Of a stretch of DNA of 64,000 nucleotides, positions 1 through 10,332 are shown piece after piece. Where the stretch lies: contig NC_043003.1 of the NCBI RefSeq assembly GCF_006345805.1, positions 85,064,001-85,128,000 on the forward strand, given 5' to 3'. The notes under the pieces are model-generated. The model was not told the origin of the DNA and did no database searches. It saw only the letters and a program-made list of their open reading frames with translations. Source of the DNA: Octopus sinensis (lineage: Eukaryota). The position numbers and the translations under genes are program-made. The number at the start of each line of letters is the position of its first letter. Within the stretch, counting starts at the first letter, position 1.

Positions 1-159
1 TGCTTGTGTATAGTTTGACCCCAAAGTCTCAGGCAGAGAAGCACAGCATCTTTTAATGGACTAAGAAGAAAGATATTGAAAGGGTTCCAATCGGCAACGA
101 AAGAACTTTGACAAACAAAAACAAAACCAATGTATCAATGTTTAACCAAATCAATCAAA

Positions 160-1385
160 CAATCGATTAGTTTGTTGGATATGCAACCAATTGACTAATA
201 ATAAATTGAACTAGTGGAATTGAACCAGTGAGTGTGTTAATAATATTAGCATAATGACTCTTCCTAGATACAACAATATATACACACATACACTCACACA
301 CACACACAAGCACACACACATACAAGCACACACACACAAGCACACACACACACAAGCACACACACACACAAGCACACACACACAAGCACACACACACACA
401 AGCACACACACACACACACTCTCTCTTTCTCTCTCTCTCTCACACACACATATATACGCACACATACATTCAAACATATATATCAAAACCTGGGAGAAGG
501 TAGGCGTGGCTGGAACAAGGGACACTATGGAGGGTGTAATGGCGCTTCGGCATAGCGAAGCAGTTTCTTAACAAGGAGAATGCCAGAAGGTTGTTGTTCA
601 GTCCTCTCCTCAACATCACATCACACTTTGAAGGCTATGCGTTTGCAATCCAGGAACAGGATATTGCCACAAAGTATCTGGTGAACATGAGAGATAGTGA
701 CGCTCTTGTAATCCCAAGGAGCAACTGTATGTGTAAGCTATGTCATGTTTCTGTGGAAGACATCACGCATGTGATTAGCAGCTGTCCTAAAATGTCATCA
801 CGATACTACCTCCCTATGCAGCACGATGTTGTTGCTAAAACAACTTACAATGCCATCCGCAAAAAAGAATGTCCTGAAATAAACTTAGAAAATCCCTCTG
901 TTATGGAATACATTCACAAACAACAACTTAAGGAAAACTGGTGGAATATTCCCATCAAAACTTCTGTCAAATGTAAACATTAACAGGTCAGATATTGTTG
1001 TTTGGGACAAAGGGGCAAAGGTATGTACCGTCATAGAGGTCAGCTGCCCTGCAGATATAAATATCTCTCTGAAAATCAAAAGAAAAGAAGATATATATGG
1101 ACATATATATCATCTAGGTCTATATTCATAATCATACCAATAATAATTGGAGCACTAGGAGAATCTGAATAAACAGGGATTTTCAGAAAGAGAAATCGAC
1201 CGGCTAATTCGTACATTACAAGTGCAACTTGTGACTGGAAGAGTAAAAATATGCAAGACTTTTCTCAAGTTCCAAATGTGAATTTATCTGTGTTAACTAC
1301 ATCCCAAAGATGGAGTCATGTATCTTTGTTGGAAACCGGCTACCTCCCCAATGGAAGATTTATGATAATTCAGAAATAGAAGAGA
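160..1385 (+). mobile_element. R4/Dong-like non-LTR retrotransposon 3' fragment (end of RT, CCHC zinc knuckle, restriction-like endonuclease), degenerate; ends in (CATA)n
   Basis: Translation gives EGYAFAIQEQDIATKY, CKLC..VEDITHVISSCPKMSSRYYLPMQHDVVAK, NRSDIVVWDK..VIEVSCPADINI, IPIIIGALG and ICKTFLKF; a (CA)n/(CT)n tract at about 275-455 interrupts it. Confidence 0.8.
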
Positions 1386-1539
1386 CAGACATACATACAT
1401 GCATACGTACATACATTCTCAATATGGAAAATACTTAGCACTCAAATGATTTGAATTTACACTCCGAAATTTTTATCAGGGACGGAGTCCACGAAGTAAT
1501 GGGTGGCTATGAGAGAAATTCAGGTGAGCAGATAAGGAT

Positions 1540-1750
1540 ACAATGATGTATGTATGCATGTATTTATGTATGTACGTACATATATAGATACATGTATATG
1601 CTAAACTGGTAACACGATCTCTCTTTTTCCATCTCTCTCTCTCCCTATATATATAAATATATGTATGTTATGTATGTATGTATGTATTTATGTATGTTAT
1701 GTATGTATGTATGTATGTATGTATGTATGTATGTATGTATGTATCCATAT
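1540..1750. repeat. (TATG)n/(TA)n microsatellite
   Basis: Direct sequence. Confidence 0.95.
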
Positions 1751-1813
1751 CTGTAATAGAAAGTGCTAGTTTAGTGAAATAGTAAAAAAAATAGTATATC
1801 ACACGATACTCAC

Positions 1814-1859
1814 ATGAAACTATGGCCATGACGACGATGAGAAGATATATAGTCTTCAT
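1814..1859 (-). CDS. Candidate first coding exon of a secreted protein or peptide (signal peptide MKTIYLLIVVMAIVS, phase-1 intron)
   Basis: AAACATC-ATG context; basic n-region and hydrophobic core; consensus donor GTGAGT directly after 46 coding nt (plus strand actcac 1808-1813); downstream exons not found. Confidence 0.5.
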
Positions 1860-1911
1860 GATGTTTACTTAAGAAAGTCAACGATCACAATAAAGCGGAG
1901 ACCAATTTTTT

Positions 1912-1926
1912 TCTTATATATATATG
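1912..1926 (-). promoter_or_regulatory. TATA-box-like element upstream of the candidate signal-peptide exon
   Basis: Minus strand TATATATATAAG about 55 nt upstream of the ATG in non-repeat DNA; could be a short (TA)n. Confidence 0.3.
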
Positions 1927-2048
1927 TTCAGTGTTATCAAAGTGTTGATATAACTAAGATTATTGCTATTGGTTACATAAGTTCTTCTGTACGAAATACT
2001 TTCCGGGGGATACAGAATTAGTTATAAACAAACAAATAAATAGTGTTT

Positions 2049-2050
<2 letters not shown>

Positions 2051-2091
<41 letters not shown>

Positions 2092-2124
2092 GACTACTAC
2101 TACTACGACTACTACTACTACTAC

Positions 2125-2165
<41 letters not shown>
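2051..2165. repeat. (CTA)n-(TAA)n compound microsatellite
   Basis: Direct sequence. Confidence 0.95.
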
Positions 2166-2356
2166 TTAGTGCTCATGGGAACTGCTCATATCCTGCGCAA
2201 AATACTTTCTATGTAATCCCAAGGTTTAAAACAAACATAATTTTCGGTTTAAAAAGAAATTTTTTTTTTTAGACATTCATTAGAACAACACCAACCCCCC
2301 CCCCTGTTGTCTCTTGAGGTCTGTGGGTGAGACTTGGAGCCAACTTGTCAAACATA

Positions 2357-2360
<4 letters not shown>
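2166..2360 (+). mobile_element. Severely 5'-truncated R4/Dong-like LINE 3' end, flanked on both sides by (TAA)n
   Basis: VLMGTAHILRKILSM* followed by a 3' UTR (ctgttgtctcttgaggtc...gagacttggagcca...gtcaaacatagaataataa) shared with about 5880-6045. Confidence 0.8.
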
Positions 2361-2401
<41 letters not shown>

Positions 2402-2409
2402 TAATAATA

Positions 2410-2870
2410 ATACTTTCTACTATAAGCACAAAGCCTGAAATTTTAGGGGAAGGGGCAGTCGATTAGATCGACCCCAATACGTAACAGATACTTAATTTAT
2501 CAACCCCGAGAGGCAAAGTCGACCTCGGCGAAATTTGAACTCAGAATGTAGCGGCAGACAAAATGCCGCTAAGCATTTCGCCAAGCGTGCTAACGATTCT
2601 TCCAGCTCGCCGACTTTAATGATAATAATAATCCTTTCTACTAAAGGCACAGGGCCTGAAATTTGGTGCATTAATGATAATAGTAATTATAATGATAATA
2701 ATCCTTTCTACTATAGGCACAAGTCGGGGAAGGGGCTAGGCGATTACATCAATCCCGAAACGATGAAAAGCAAAGTTGACCTCAACAGAATTTGAACTCA
2801 GACCGTAAGGACGGACAAAATGCCGTTAAGCATTTTCCCACCGTGCTGTTCTGCCAGCTCGCCAATTTTA
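2410..2870 (-). mobile_element. Two adjacent tRNA-derived SINEs (family S1, Nin-like core gtcgactttgcctttcatcctttcggggtcgat)
   Basis: Reverse complement of ggcgagctggcagaa..gttagcac..gagttcaaattccgccgaggtcgac; (ATT)n tails. Confidence 0.85.
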
Positions 2871-2884
2871 ATAACAACAACAAA

Positions 2885-2889
2885 AAAAA

Positions 2890-2975
<86 letters not shown>

Positions 2976-3025
2976 GAAGATTATTAATTAGAAGAAGAAG
3001 AAGAAGAAGAAGAAGAAGAAGAAGA
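2885..3025. repeat. (AAT)n-(ATT)n-(GAA)n compound microsatellite
   Basis: Direct sequence. Confidence 0.95.
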
Positions 3026-3029
3026 ATAT

Positions 3030-3384
3030 GGGGCGAGTAAAAGATAAGAGATGTTACATGTTACAGTATGACTGAAAGCTTGGTGGGGCGGTGAAGTAGT
3101 GAAACATTTTCAGGTAATGCAACAGAGACATTTAAATGCGTAGGGTTTTTCTAAGGATGTGGGCAGTACTTGTCAGTACAATCTTATGGATTTCTCTGAG
3201 ACATGGTTCTTCTGAGATCTTATCTAGATGTTTCTGACATCCCTTTTGTATCATACCTAGGGCACCTACAATAACAGGAACAGTTCTCGCTTTAAGATGC
3301 CACTTCTTTCGTATTTCAATTTCCGAGTTCTTACATTAACTTAGTTGCCAAACACTTACATCTCTTAGTCTATCAGTGGGAACA

Positions 3385-3385
<1 letters not shown>
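3030..3385 (-). mobile_element. R4/Dong-like LINE 3' fragment (endonuclease C-terminus)
   Basis: Minus strand ..WHLKARTVPVIVGALGMIQKG..KIVLTSTAHILRKT; truncated 5' end abuts (AAT)n. Confidence 0.65.
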
Positions 3386-3420
<35 letters not shown>

Positions 3421-3446
3421 CATCATCATATCATCATTATCATCAT

Positions 3447-3511
<65 letters not shown>

Positions 3512-3522
3512 TGTTATTAATG

Positions 3523-3735
3523 CAGCGAGCTGCTACAATCGTTAGCATGCCATGCAAAATGATTAGCTGCATTTCGTCCGTCTAGAGTTCAAATTCCGCC
3601 GAGGTCTACCTTGCCCTTCATTCTTTCATGGCCCATGATATAGGTACCAGTTAAACCATGGGATCGATGTAATCGACTTTCCCCCTCCACCGAACTTGCT
3701 GGCCTTGTGCCAAAATTTGAAACCATTACTATTAT
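3523..3735 (+). mobile_element. SINE family S1, diverged
   Basis: gcgagctg..gttagcatgcc..gagttcaaattccgccgaggtc..gatcgatgtaatcgactt. Confidence 0.75.
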
Positions 3736-3739
3736 CATC

Positions 3740-4200
3740 GTTCAACATTTGGTAGTTTCAAGCAAATTATACTGCATCACCTGCTACACTTCTGTGATGC
3801 TGGGCTGTGCACCATTGTATGTTCTATTTTGTTGTTGTTGTTGTTCGGAGTGTGCAAACTCTTCACAGTATTGTATTGCGTCAGTTCCTTTGTTATGGGA
3901 TGTAGTGCAATCTTTTGTTGCATTAATGTCTGTATTGTATGTTGTGCGTGTAGTGCGTTGGTTAAATCGCCTATCGGTTGCAGTTTATTTCATTGGATAT
4001 TTGCTGTGTCTTGTGTTTGTGAATTGTTTTGTTTAGGTTGTGTAATCGAATTGATATTGTCTTGCGTAGGATGCAGGCTGTTCCTAGCAGTGCTCTATTT
4101 TGTACAATGTGTAGTATTGAGGGTCCAGATATAGCTTCAACGTTTTTCTTCGTAGGTTTTTTTATCATGCCCAATGCTCCAATTATCAATTATTTTTTTA
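3740..4200 (-). mobile_element. R4/Dong-like LINE 3' end with long 3' UTR
   Basis: IIGALGMIKK..RALLGTACILRKTISI; UTR homologous (inverted) to about 6280-6520. Confidence 0.7.
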
Positions 4201-4219
4201 TATTTATTTCATCATGTGA

Positions 4220-6045
4220 TTAATGAATAACTGGAATACAGACTTATGTGGACAATTTTTAGTGAAGGTTAACTTTAAAAGAGGCTTATTTCAGGGAGAG
4301 ACTACCGTCATTGTTGTTTGCGATTTGCATAATACCCTCACACAGATACTACGGAAAGTGACATCGGAGTACACCTTGAAAAGTGGAGAAAAATTAAATC
4401 ACCTGTTATACATGGATGACTTAAAGATTTTTGGAAAGAACGAACGTGAAATAAATGGTCTAATTTCAACATTGCAAATATTCAGTCCGGATATCGAGAT
4501 GGAATTTGGGATTAAAATGTGTGGTGTGCTTATCATAAAAAAGAGCAAAGTAGTGTCGTCCGATGGTGTAGGACTACCCAACGGTGAGAGAATCAAGGAT
4601 GTTGAAATTGTAGGATATAAGTATCTGGGTATTTTGAAGTATGACAAAATCAAGGAGAATGGGAGAGTGAAATAAAGGAAAGCTTTAGGCGAGAATATCT
4701 AAGAACCAAATTAATTATGGGAAGTAAACTAAATGGAAAGTACAAGATAAGGGTAATGAATACATGGGCTATTTCCTTAATGCGATACGGTGCAGGTGTT
4801 GTTAGGTAGACGAAGAATGAGCTTGAAGAGTGATGACAATGAACAAGGATATCGATAGATTTAATGTGATATCGATAGATTTAATGTGCCTAGAAAGAAG
4901 GGAAGAAGAGGCCTCATAGGGTGCAAGATCTAGGTTGTCAACGAGAACAGTCTGGGGCGGTGCATCAAACAGCAGAGTAAATCCTTGCTTGCCGCAGCTA
5001 GAAATAGCAACATGATAACTACCAAAAATGTGACGCGCTGAAAATTATCTAAGAAACTAAATGAGGAAGAAAGAACAACTGGAAATGAATGTAGAGACAT
5101 TACCTCAGAGAAATCTAAGATTAAGACAAGACTAACACATGAAGATGGATAAGGAAAAGTAATCTGAAAGGATGAACTGAGATATTGATATGCAACACCC
5201 AGGAACAAGCTCTGAGAACTAATAACACCAAGTTCCTAATAAATAACAGCAGTTAATCGCGCCCTTGTAGGATGTGCGGCAGTAAAAATGAAACAATCAC
5301 ACTTTGTGAGTTAAGGTAGCAAACTGGCACAGATTCACTTCAAAAGGCTGCACGATAACTGGCTAAGTTTGTTCACTGAAGACTGTGTGAAAAGTATGGC
5401 CTAGGAAGAGCACGGAAATGGTACGAACATGAACTGGAGGGTGTCACTGAGAATAATAAGTATAAGATCTTGTGGAATTTTTAGTTCAATGTGATTCCCC
5501 AGCTGATGCTCGGAAACCAGAAATTGTTGTGGTAGATAAAAGGAAAAAGGAAACTAAGATCATAGATATTGCCATACATGAGGATGCACGCGTAGTTGAG
5601 AAAGAGTTGAAAAAGGTAGAGAAATACAAATTACTAAAAAAAAGGAAAATACAAAAATGTGAGCAATGAGGAAAGTAACCGTTATTCCAGTAGTTCTAGG
5701 GGCCCTCGGAGCACTAACAACCAGATTCGAGAAATATGTCGGAGAAATTGGAATTGACATGAGGGTAGAGCAGGCCCAAAACCTATTCTATTGGGGATTT
5801 TGAGATTGATGCTTGAGTGTCTTCAATGATAAATTAACAACCAAGTGCCAAGTTTTATAATTTGCCGAAAGAGACCTTTTTTTAGACATTCATTAGTACA
5901 ACCCCCCCCCCCCCAAATATATGGCACACTAGGCATAACAACAACATGAACTTCCAGCCCTGTTGTCTCTTGAGGTCTCTGGGTGAGACTTGGAGCCAGC
6001 TTGTACAAATATAAAGCAAAAGTCAAACATAGAATAATAATAATA
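4220..6045 (+). mobile_element. R4/Dong-like LINE, 5'-truncated: RT, zinc knuckle and RLE pseudogene, 3' UTR and (AAT)n tail
   Basis: RGLFQGE, LNHLLYMDDLKIF, EFGIKMC, GYKYLGIL, RKPEIVVVDKRKKETKIIDIAI, VIPVVLGALG; several stops and frameshifts. Confidence 0.88.
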
Positions 6046-6049
6046 ATAT

Positions 6050-6560
6050 TTTCTCAAAAAGAAGTGGAGAAACTGTCAATGTACAAAGATTTCGAAACTG
6101 AAGTATTCAATATTTGGAGCATTAAGTCAAAAACAATACCAGTAATAGTTAGAGCATCTGGTATGATAAAAACATATCAAAAACGTAGACACCATACCTG
6201 GACCTTCAACACTGGACGCTATCAAAAGTAATAATACTGTTAGGAACAGCAAACATCCTACGCAAGACACTATCAAGTCAATAGTGCAACCCAAACAAGA
6301 CAATCCATGAGCACTAGACACTCTCTATAAAGTAAATGCCCAATAAAGCAAACATGTACTCTTCAAGTCGGATACCAAACAGGACATAACTCGCATTACT
6401 CACGAACACAAAATACAATACTAATGCAACAAAAGATTCAAGCCAAACCCCATAAAAAATCAAATTGATGCAATAATGTGCTGGAAAGTGTCTGTCTTCC
6501 CTAACTCCAACAAACCAAGAACACCCCAAAATGCATACACTTCAAGTTGTTGGGCAGGTG
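6050..6560 (+). mobile_element. R4/Dong-like LINE 3' fragment starting directly after the previous element's (AAT)n tail
   Basis: KEVEKLSMYKDFETEVFNIWSIKSKTIPVIVRASGMIK..LLGTANILRKTLS. Confidence 0.75.
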
Positions 6561-6619
6561 ATGCAGTAAAAGTTTAGTTGAAATTATTGAATATCTAAAA
6601 TTAGTAATAATAATAGTAA

Positions 6620-6830
6620 ATGGTTTTAAATTTTGGCACAAAACCAGAAATTTTGGGAAGGAGTTAAGTCAATTACATCGATTCCAGAACTTGACTGGTA
6701 CTTAATTTATCGACCTCGAAAGGAGGAAAAAGGTTGACCTGAGCGGTTAATTGAATTCTGGATATAAAAGGACGAAACACTGCTAAGCCGGTAAGGCGTG
6801 CGAACGAATCTACTAGCTCCTAGCCTTACT
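6620..6830 (-). mobile_element. SINE family S1, diverged
   Basis: ttttggcaca..gtcaattacatcga..ggtacttaatttatcgacctcgaaagga. Confidence 0.7.
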
Positions 6831-6861
6831 GCTACTGCTTCTATTGCTGCTGCTGCTTCTG

Positions 6862-6900
<39 letters not shown>

Positions 6901-7779
6901 TGCACCTCTCTACCGTCATCTTCACAAATCGCTAATGCAATTGAGCGATTTAGTGAAGGACGGTTTTGTCATCCTACATACATCTCAGATACACTCAGCA
7001 TCTAGCGCTTCCAGCCTGAAGAGGTTGTCGAACAGGTTGTCGCGAACCAAACATCATTCTAGATGCAAAATCTCAGTCTTGGTCTACGCTTGGCCCATGA
7101 CTGAAGCTCAACCAACGTGACGAGCAACAGAAAGACATCTTGCACAAAAGACATGCATACTAGTTTGCCCTCGTTTTCAGCGTCGTAATCTAGATATTTC
7201 TACAGGTGCATCAACCTCAGCACAGCCGGCACGTCATCAAGAACAGAAACCCGAGACCACCACAGAGTAAGTACTGACGACAGCTAGATTTTATGACTAT
7301 TGCAACTTGACTCTTCCATAAGAATCGAAAAGTAAGTGTTCTAATCTGGTTCGAGTTTTATTGGGACAAGCTACGACTGTCAAACGGAAGTACACCACCG
7401 AAGCAATATAACGCATTCACTGCTTCAACTCAGCCTTCAGATACAGTTTTCCTTGCAGCCAATCTCTAAATGAGACTAGCCACCCTACTTGTAGCCGCAT
7501 CCAGTTCCTATCCACCTAGAGGTCTGGTCAGGACCAGACTCTGAGTACCTCACCGGAACCTCGGCCCAGCAACGGAAATGCTACTGGTCACATGAACTTG
7601 CGTAATTGCAAACCCACCAACTTGTCCTAGTTTATGCATACTCCTGTACATAATTGGTATTCTCTGAGATAGTGTCGATTACTTCTCTATCCGAAGACAT
7701 ACTGACATCCGAAGACATATCTGACAGTGATGTCTTTCGCGTATGTGGACAAGACTCTCCTGTACCCAAAAATTTATTA

Positions 7780-8070
7780 AGGCGCAGGCTGTGTGATAAG
7801 AAGCGTGTTTCCCAACTGCATGGTTTCGGGTTCAGTCCTACTGCGTGGCACCTTGGGCAAGTGTCAACCTCGGGCTGACCAAAGGCTTGTAAGTGGATTT
7901 GGTATGACAAAGTGTGTTTACGTCCCCGAAATTTAGCGATTCAGTAAAAGACACCGATAAAATAAGTACTAGATTTACAAAGATAAGTCCTGGATTGATT
8001 TGTTCGACTGAATGCGGTGCTCTAGCATGGTCGCAGTCAAATGACTGAAACAAGTAAAAGAAAAAAGAAT
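7780..8070 (+). mobile_element. tRNA-derived SINE family S2, internally deleted
   Basis: ggttcagtcctactgcgtggcaccttgggcaagtgt..gcatggtcgcagtcaaatgactgaaacaagtaaaag. Confidence 0.85.
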
Positions 8071-8821
8071 AAATGAGTTTAATATAAAATAAAATAAAAC
8101 AAAAAATAAACAAATAGTCAATTTGTATTTTATGCTATTAAAAAAAAGACTTTTCAGTGCACGAGTCATGTATCTACTTGTTTATTAGGAAACATGACAT
8201 TTTAAATACAGCATTTGATTAAAAGTGTTAAAACATCCTGGAGATTGGTTTATTAGTAAAATCACAAACGCCCCCGCCACCACACCACCACCAACAACAA
8301 CAACAGCAACGACAACACTACAACTACCACCATAACCAGTAGCATCATCACTATCATCATTATTATCGTCAACATCAGCTTCATCATCGGGTCATCGAGG
8401 TCATACTGAGACAGGGTATTTCCTCAGGTTAGCAGATAGACACATCGTATAAGGAATTGCCCGAACAAAATTGCAAACTTTAAGAATTCTGGCGCAAAGC
8501 ATCTATTAGATCAATAAAAAAATAATGCATTAATTATTCGCGTAAAATTACGTGCACTTTCTTGCCGCTTAATATACCGCGTTTAGTTCCTCTGTAAATG
8601 AATTACCTAAAAAAATATCTACCGTAGTGGACTTTAAAGAACTCAAAGCATTCACAGAAATATTTCTCAATATTCTGCACCTTGCTAAAACTAAGAATTC
8701 CATGAAATTAGACCTTTCTAAGGATAATATATTGCTTTTTATTTGCTAACTACTGTGTCAATAATGTTTTTCGTGTTTCTTTTTTTTTTTTTTTTGTATT
8801 ACTGATCATATATTTTCCGTC

Positions 8822-8935
8822 AAAGGCGGCGAGCTGGCAGAGTCGTTAGCATGCCCGGCGAAATGCGTAGCCGTATTTCGTCTGCCGTTACGTTCTGAGG
8901 TTCAAATTCCGCCGAGGTCGACTTTGCCTGAAAGG
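8822..8935 (+). mobile_element. SINE family S1 head (tRNA-like A/B boxes), 3'-truncated
   Basis: ggcggcgagctggcagagtcgttagc..ggttcaaattccgccgaggtcgactttgcc. Confidence 0.85.
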
Positions 8936-8976
8936 AGTAAAACATATGCTAATTTTTACGTGGAACGTAGCTGATA

Positions 8977-9445
8977 GACTTCAATACGCAAGCATTTCTG
9001 AAATATGAATCATACTAAGATTAGAATAGCTGTATGAAGGGCGTAAAGACTAAATCCCGGAAATCGCTCAGAACTTTCCAGTCCTCCATTTTGTCCACAA
9101 CTACAACTTTGATCTTTATGAGCCCAATGCTGTTCACTGTTTCACCATGCATCACGCTGTTCCCGACAAAAAAGGAGACATTAAATCCCCAATTTTAGCC
9201 CCGAACGCCCTGGACTTCAATACTGCAAGCATTTCTGAAATATGAATCATACTAAGATTAGAATAGCTGTATGAAGGGCTTAAAGACATAAATCCTGAAA
9301 TCGCTCAGAACTTTCCAGTCCTCCGTGTCACAACTACAACTTTGATCTTATGAGCCCCAATGCTGTTCACTGTTCACCAATGCATCAAGCTGTTCCCGAC
9401 AAAAAAGGAGACATAAAATCCCCAATGTTAACCCCGAACGCCCTG
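8977..9445. repeat. Direct tandem duplication, 2 x about 236 bp
   Basis: Units start gacttcaatac at 8977 and 9213; differences are mostly 1-bp indels. Confidence 0.9.
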
Positions 9446-9554
9446 AATATATGAAACGAAAATCATAATATGCACATTGAGTACTTTTCCAGTTAATGTT
9501 TTGGATCTCTTATGTATCACTATACATAAAAACACGCATATACATACTCAAATA

Positions 9555-9978
9555 GGCGCAGGAGTGTATGTGTGGTAAGTAGCTTGTTTACCAACCACAT
9601 GGTTCCGGGTTTAGTCCACTGCGTGGCACCTTGGGCAAGTATCTTCTACTATAGCCTCGGGCCGACCAAAGCCTTGTGAGTGGATTTGGTAGACGGAAAC
9701 TGAAAGACACTCATCGTATATATGTATATATATTGGTGTGTGTCTGGTGTTTGTGTGTCTGTGTTTGTCCCCTAGCATTGCTGACAACCGATGCTGGTGT
9801 GTTTGTGTCCCCGTTACTTAGCAGCAGTTCGGCAAAAGAGACCGATAGAATAAGTACTGGGCTTACAAAGAATAAGTCCCGGGGTCGATTGCTCGACTAA
9901 AGGCGGTGCTCCAGAGCATGGCCGCAGTCAAATGACTGAAACAAGTAAAAGAGTAAAAGAGTAAAGAGTAAAGAGTAA
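9555..9978 (+). mobile_element. Full-length SINE family S2 with (GAGTAAA)n tail
   Basis: ggcgcaggagtg..tggtaag A-box, ggttccgggtttagtcc B-box, body and repeated tail. Confidence 0.9.
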
Positions 9979-10332
9979 ATACATATGCATACATATATCC
10001 TACACCATATATATGCATACATACATGAATGTATGTATGTATGTATAATACAATGTTCCACATAAACACTGAACAGTTGCTTAGAACAAATATAAACTAA
10101 ACACGGATATTCGAAACTAAAGGATATCTAAATATATGTTAATATAAAATGACACTTAAATACAACTGTTCAAATGAATAAATATTTATTGTTGTTTTCC
10201 CCATGGTATTTTGAGCTTAGCAAGTCAAGGAGTGCTTACTTCTCACACCTCACACGTATTTATTCCGTCATTTGCAATAAGTTTCAATTTCGTGTATAGA
10301 TTTAACATCGATAAACACAGATTGCAATTGCT

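Noticed and set aside
167-571. ORFs rich in CV/HT repeats (also 21586-22017, 26838-27709, 39038-39401, 39748-40089, 43036-43810, 48020-48349, 62793-63721)
   Set aside because: Stop-free translations of microsatellites, not genes.
8944-9445. IFTWNV start resembling a LINE endonuclease, with protein-like downstream frame
   Set aside because: No further APE motifs and multiple stops; could not assign.
9555-9640. tRNA-like A/B boxes here and at about 8822, 39998, 54218 and 59830
   Set aside because: SINE heads followed by SINE bodies; no complete cloverleaf, so not called tRNA genes.
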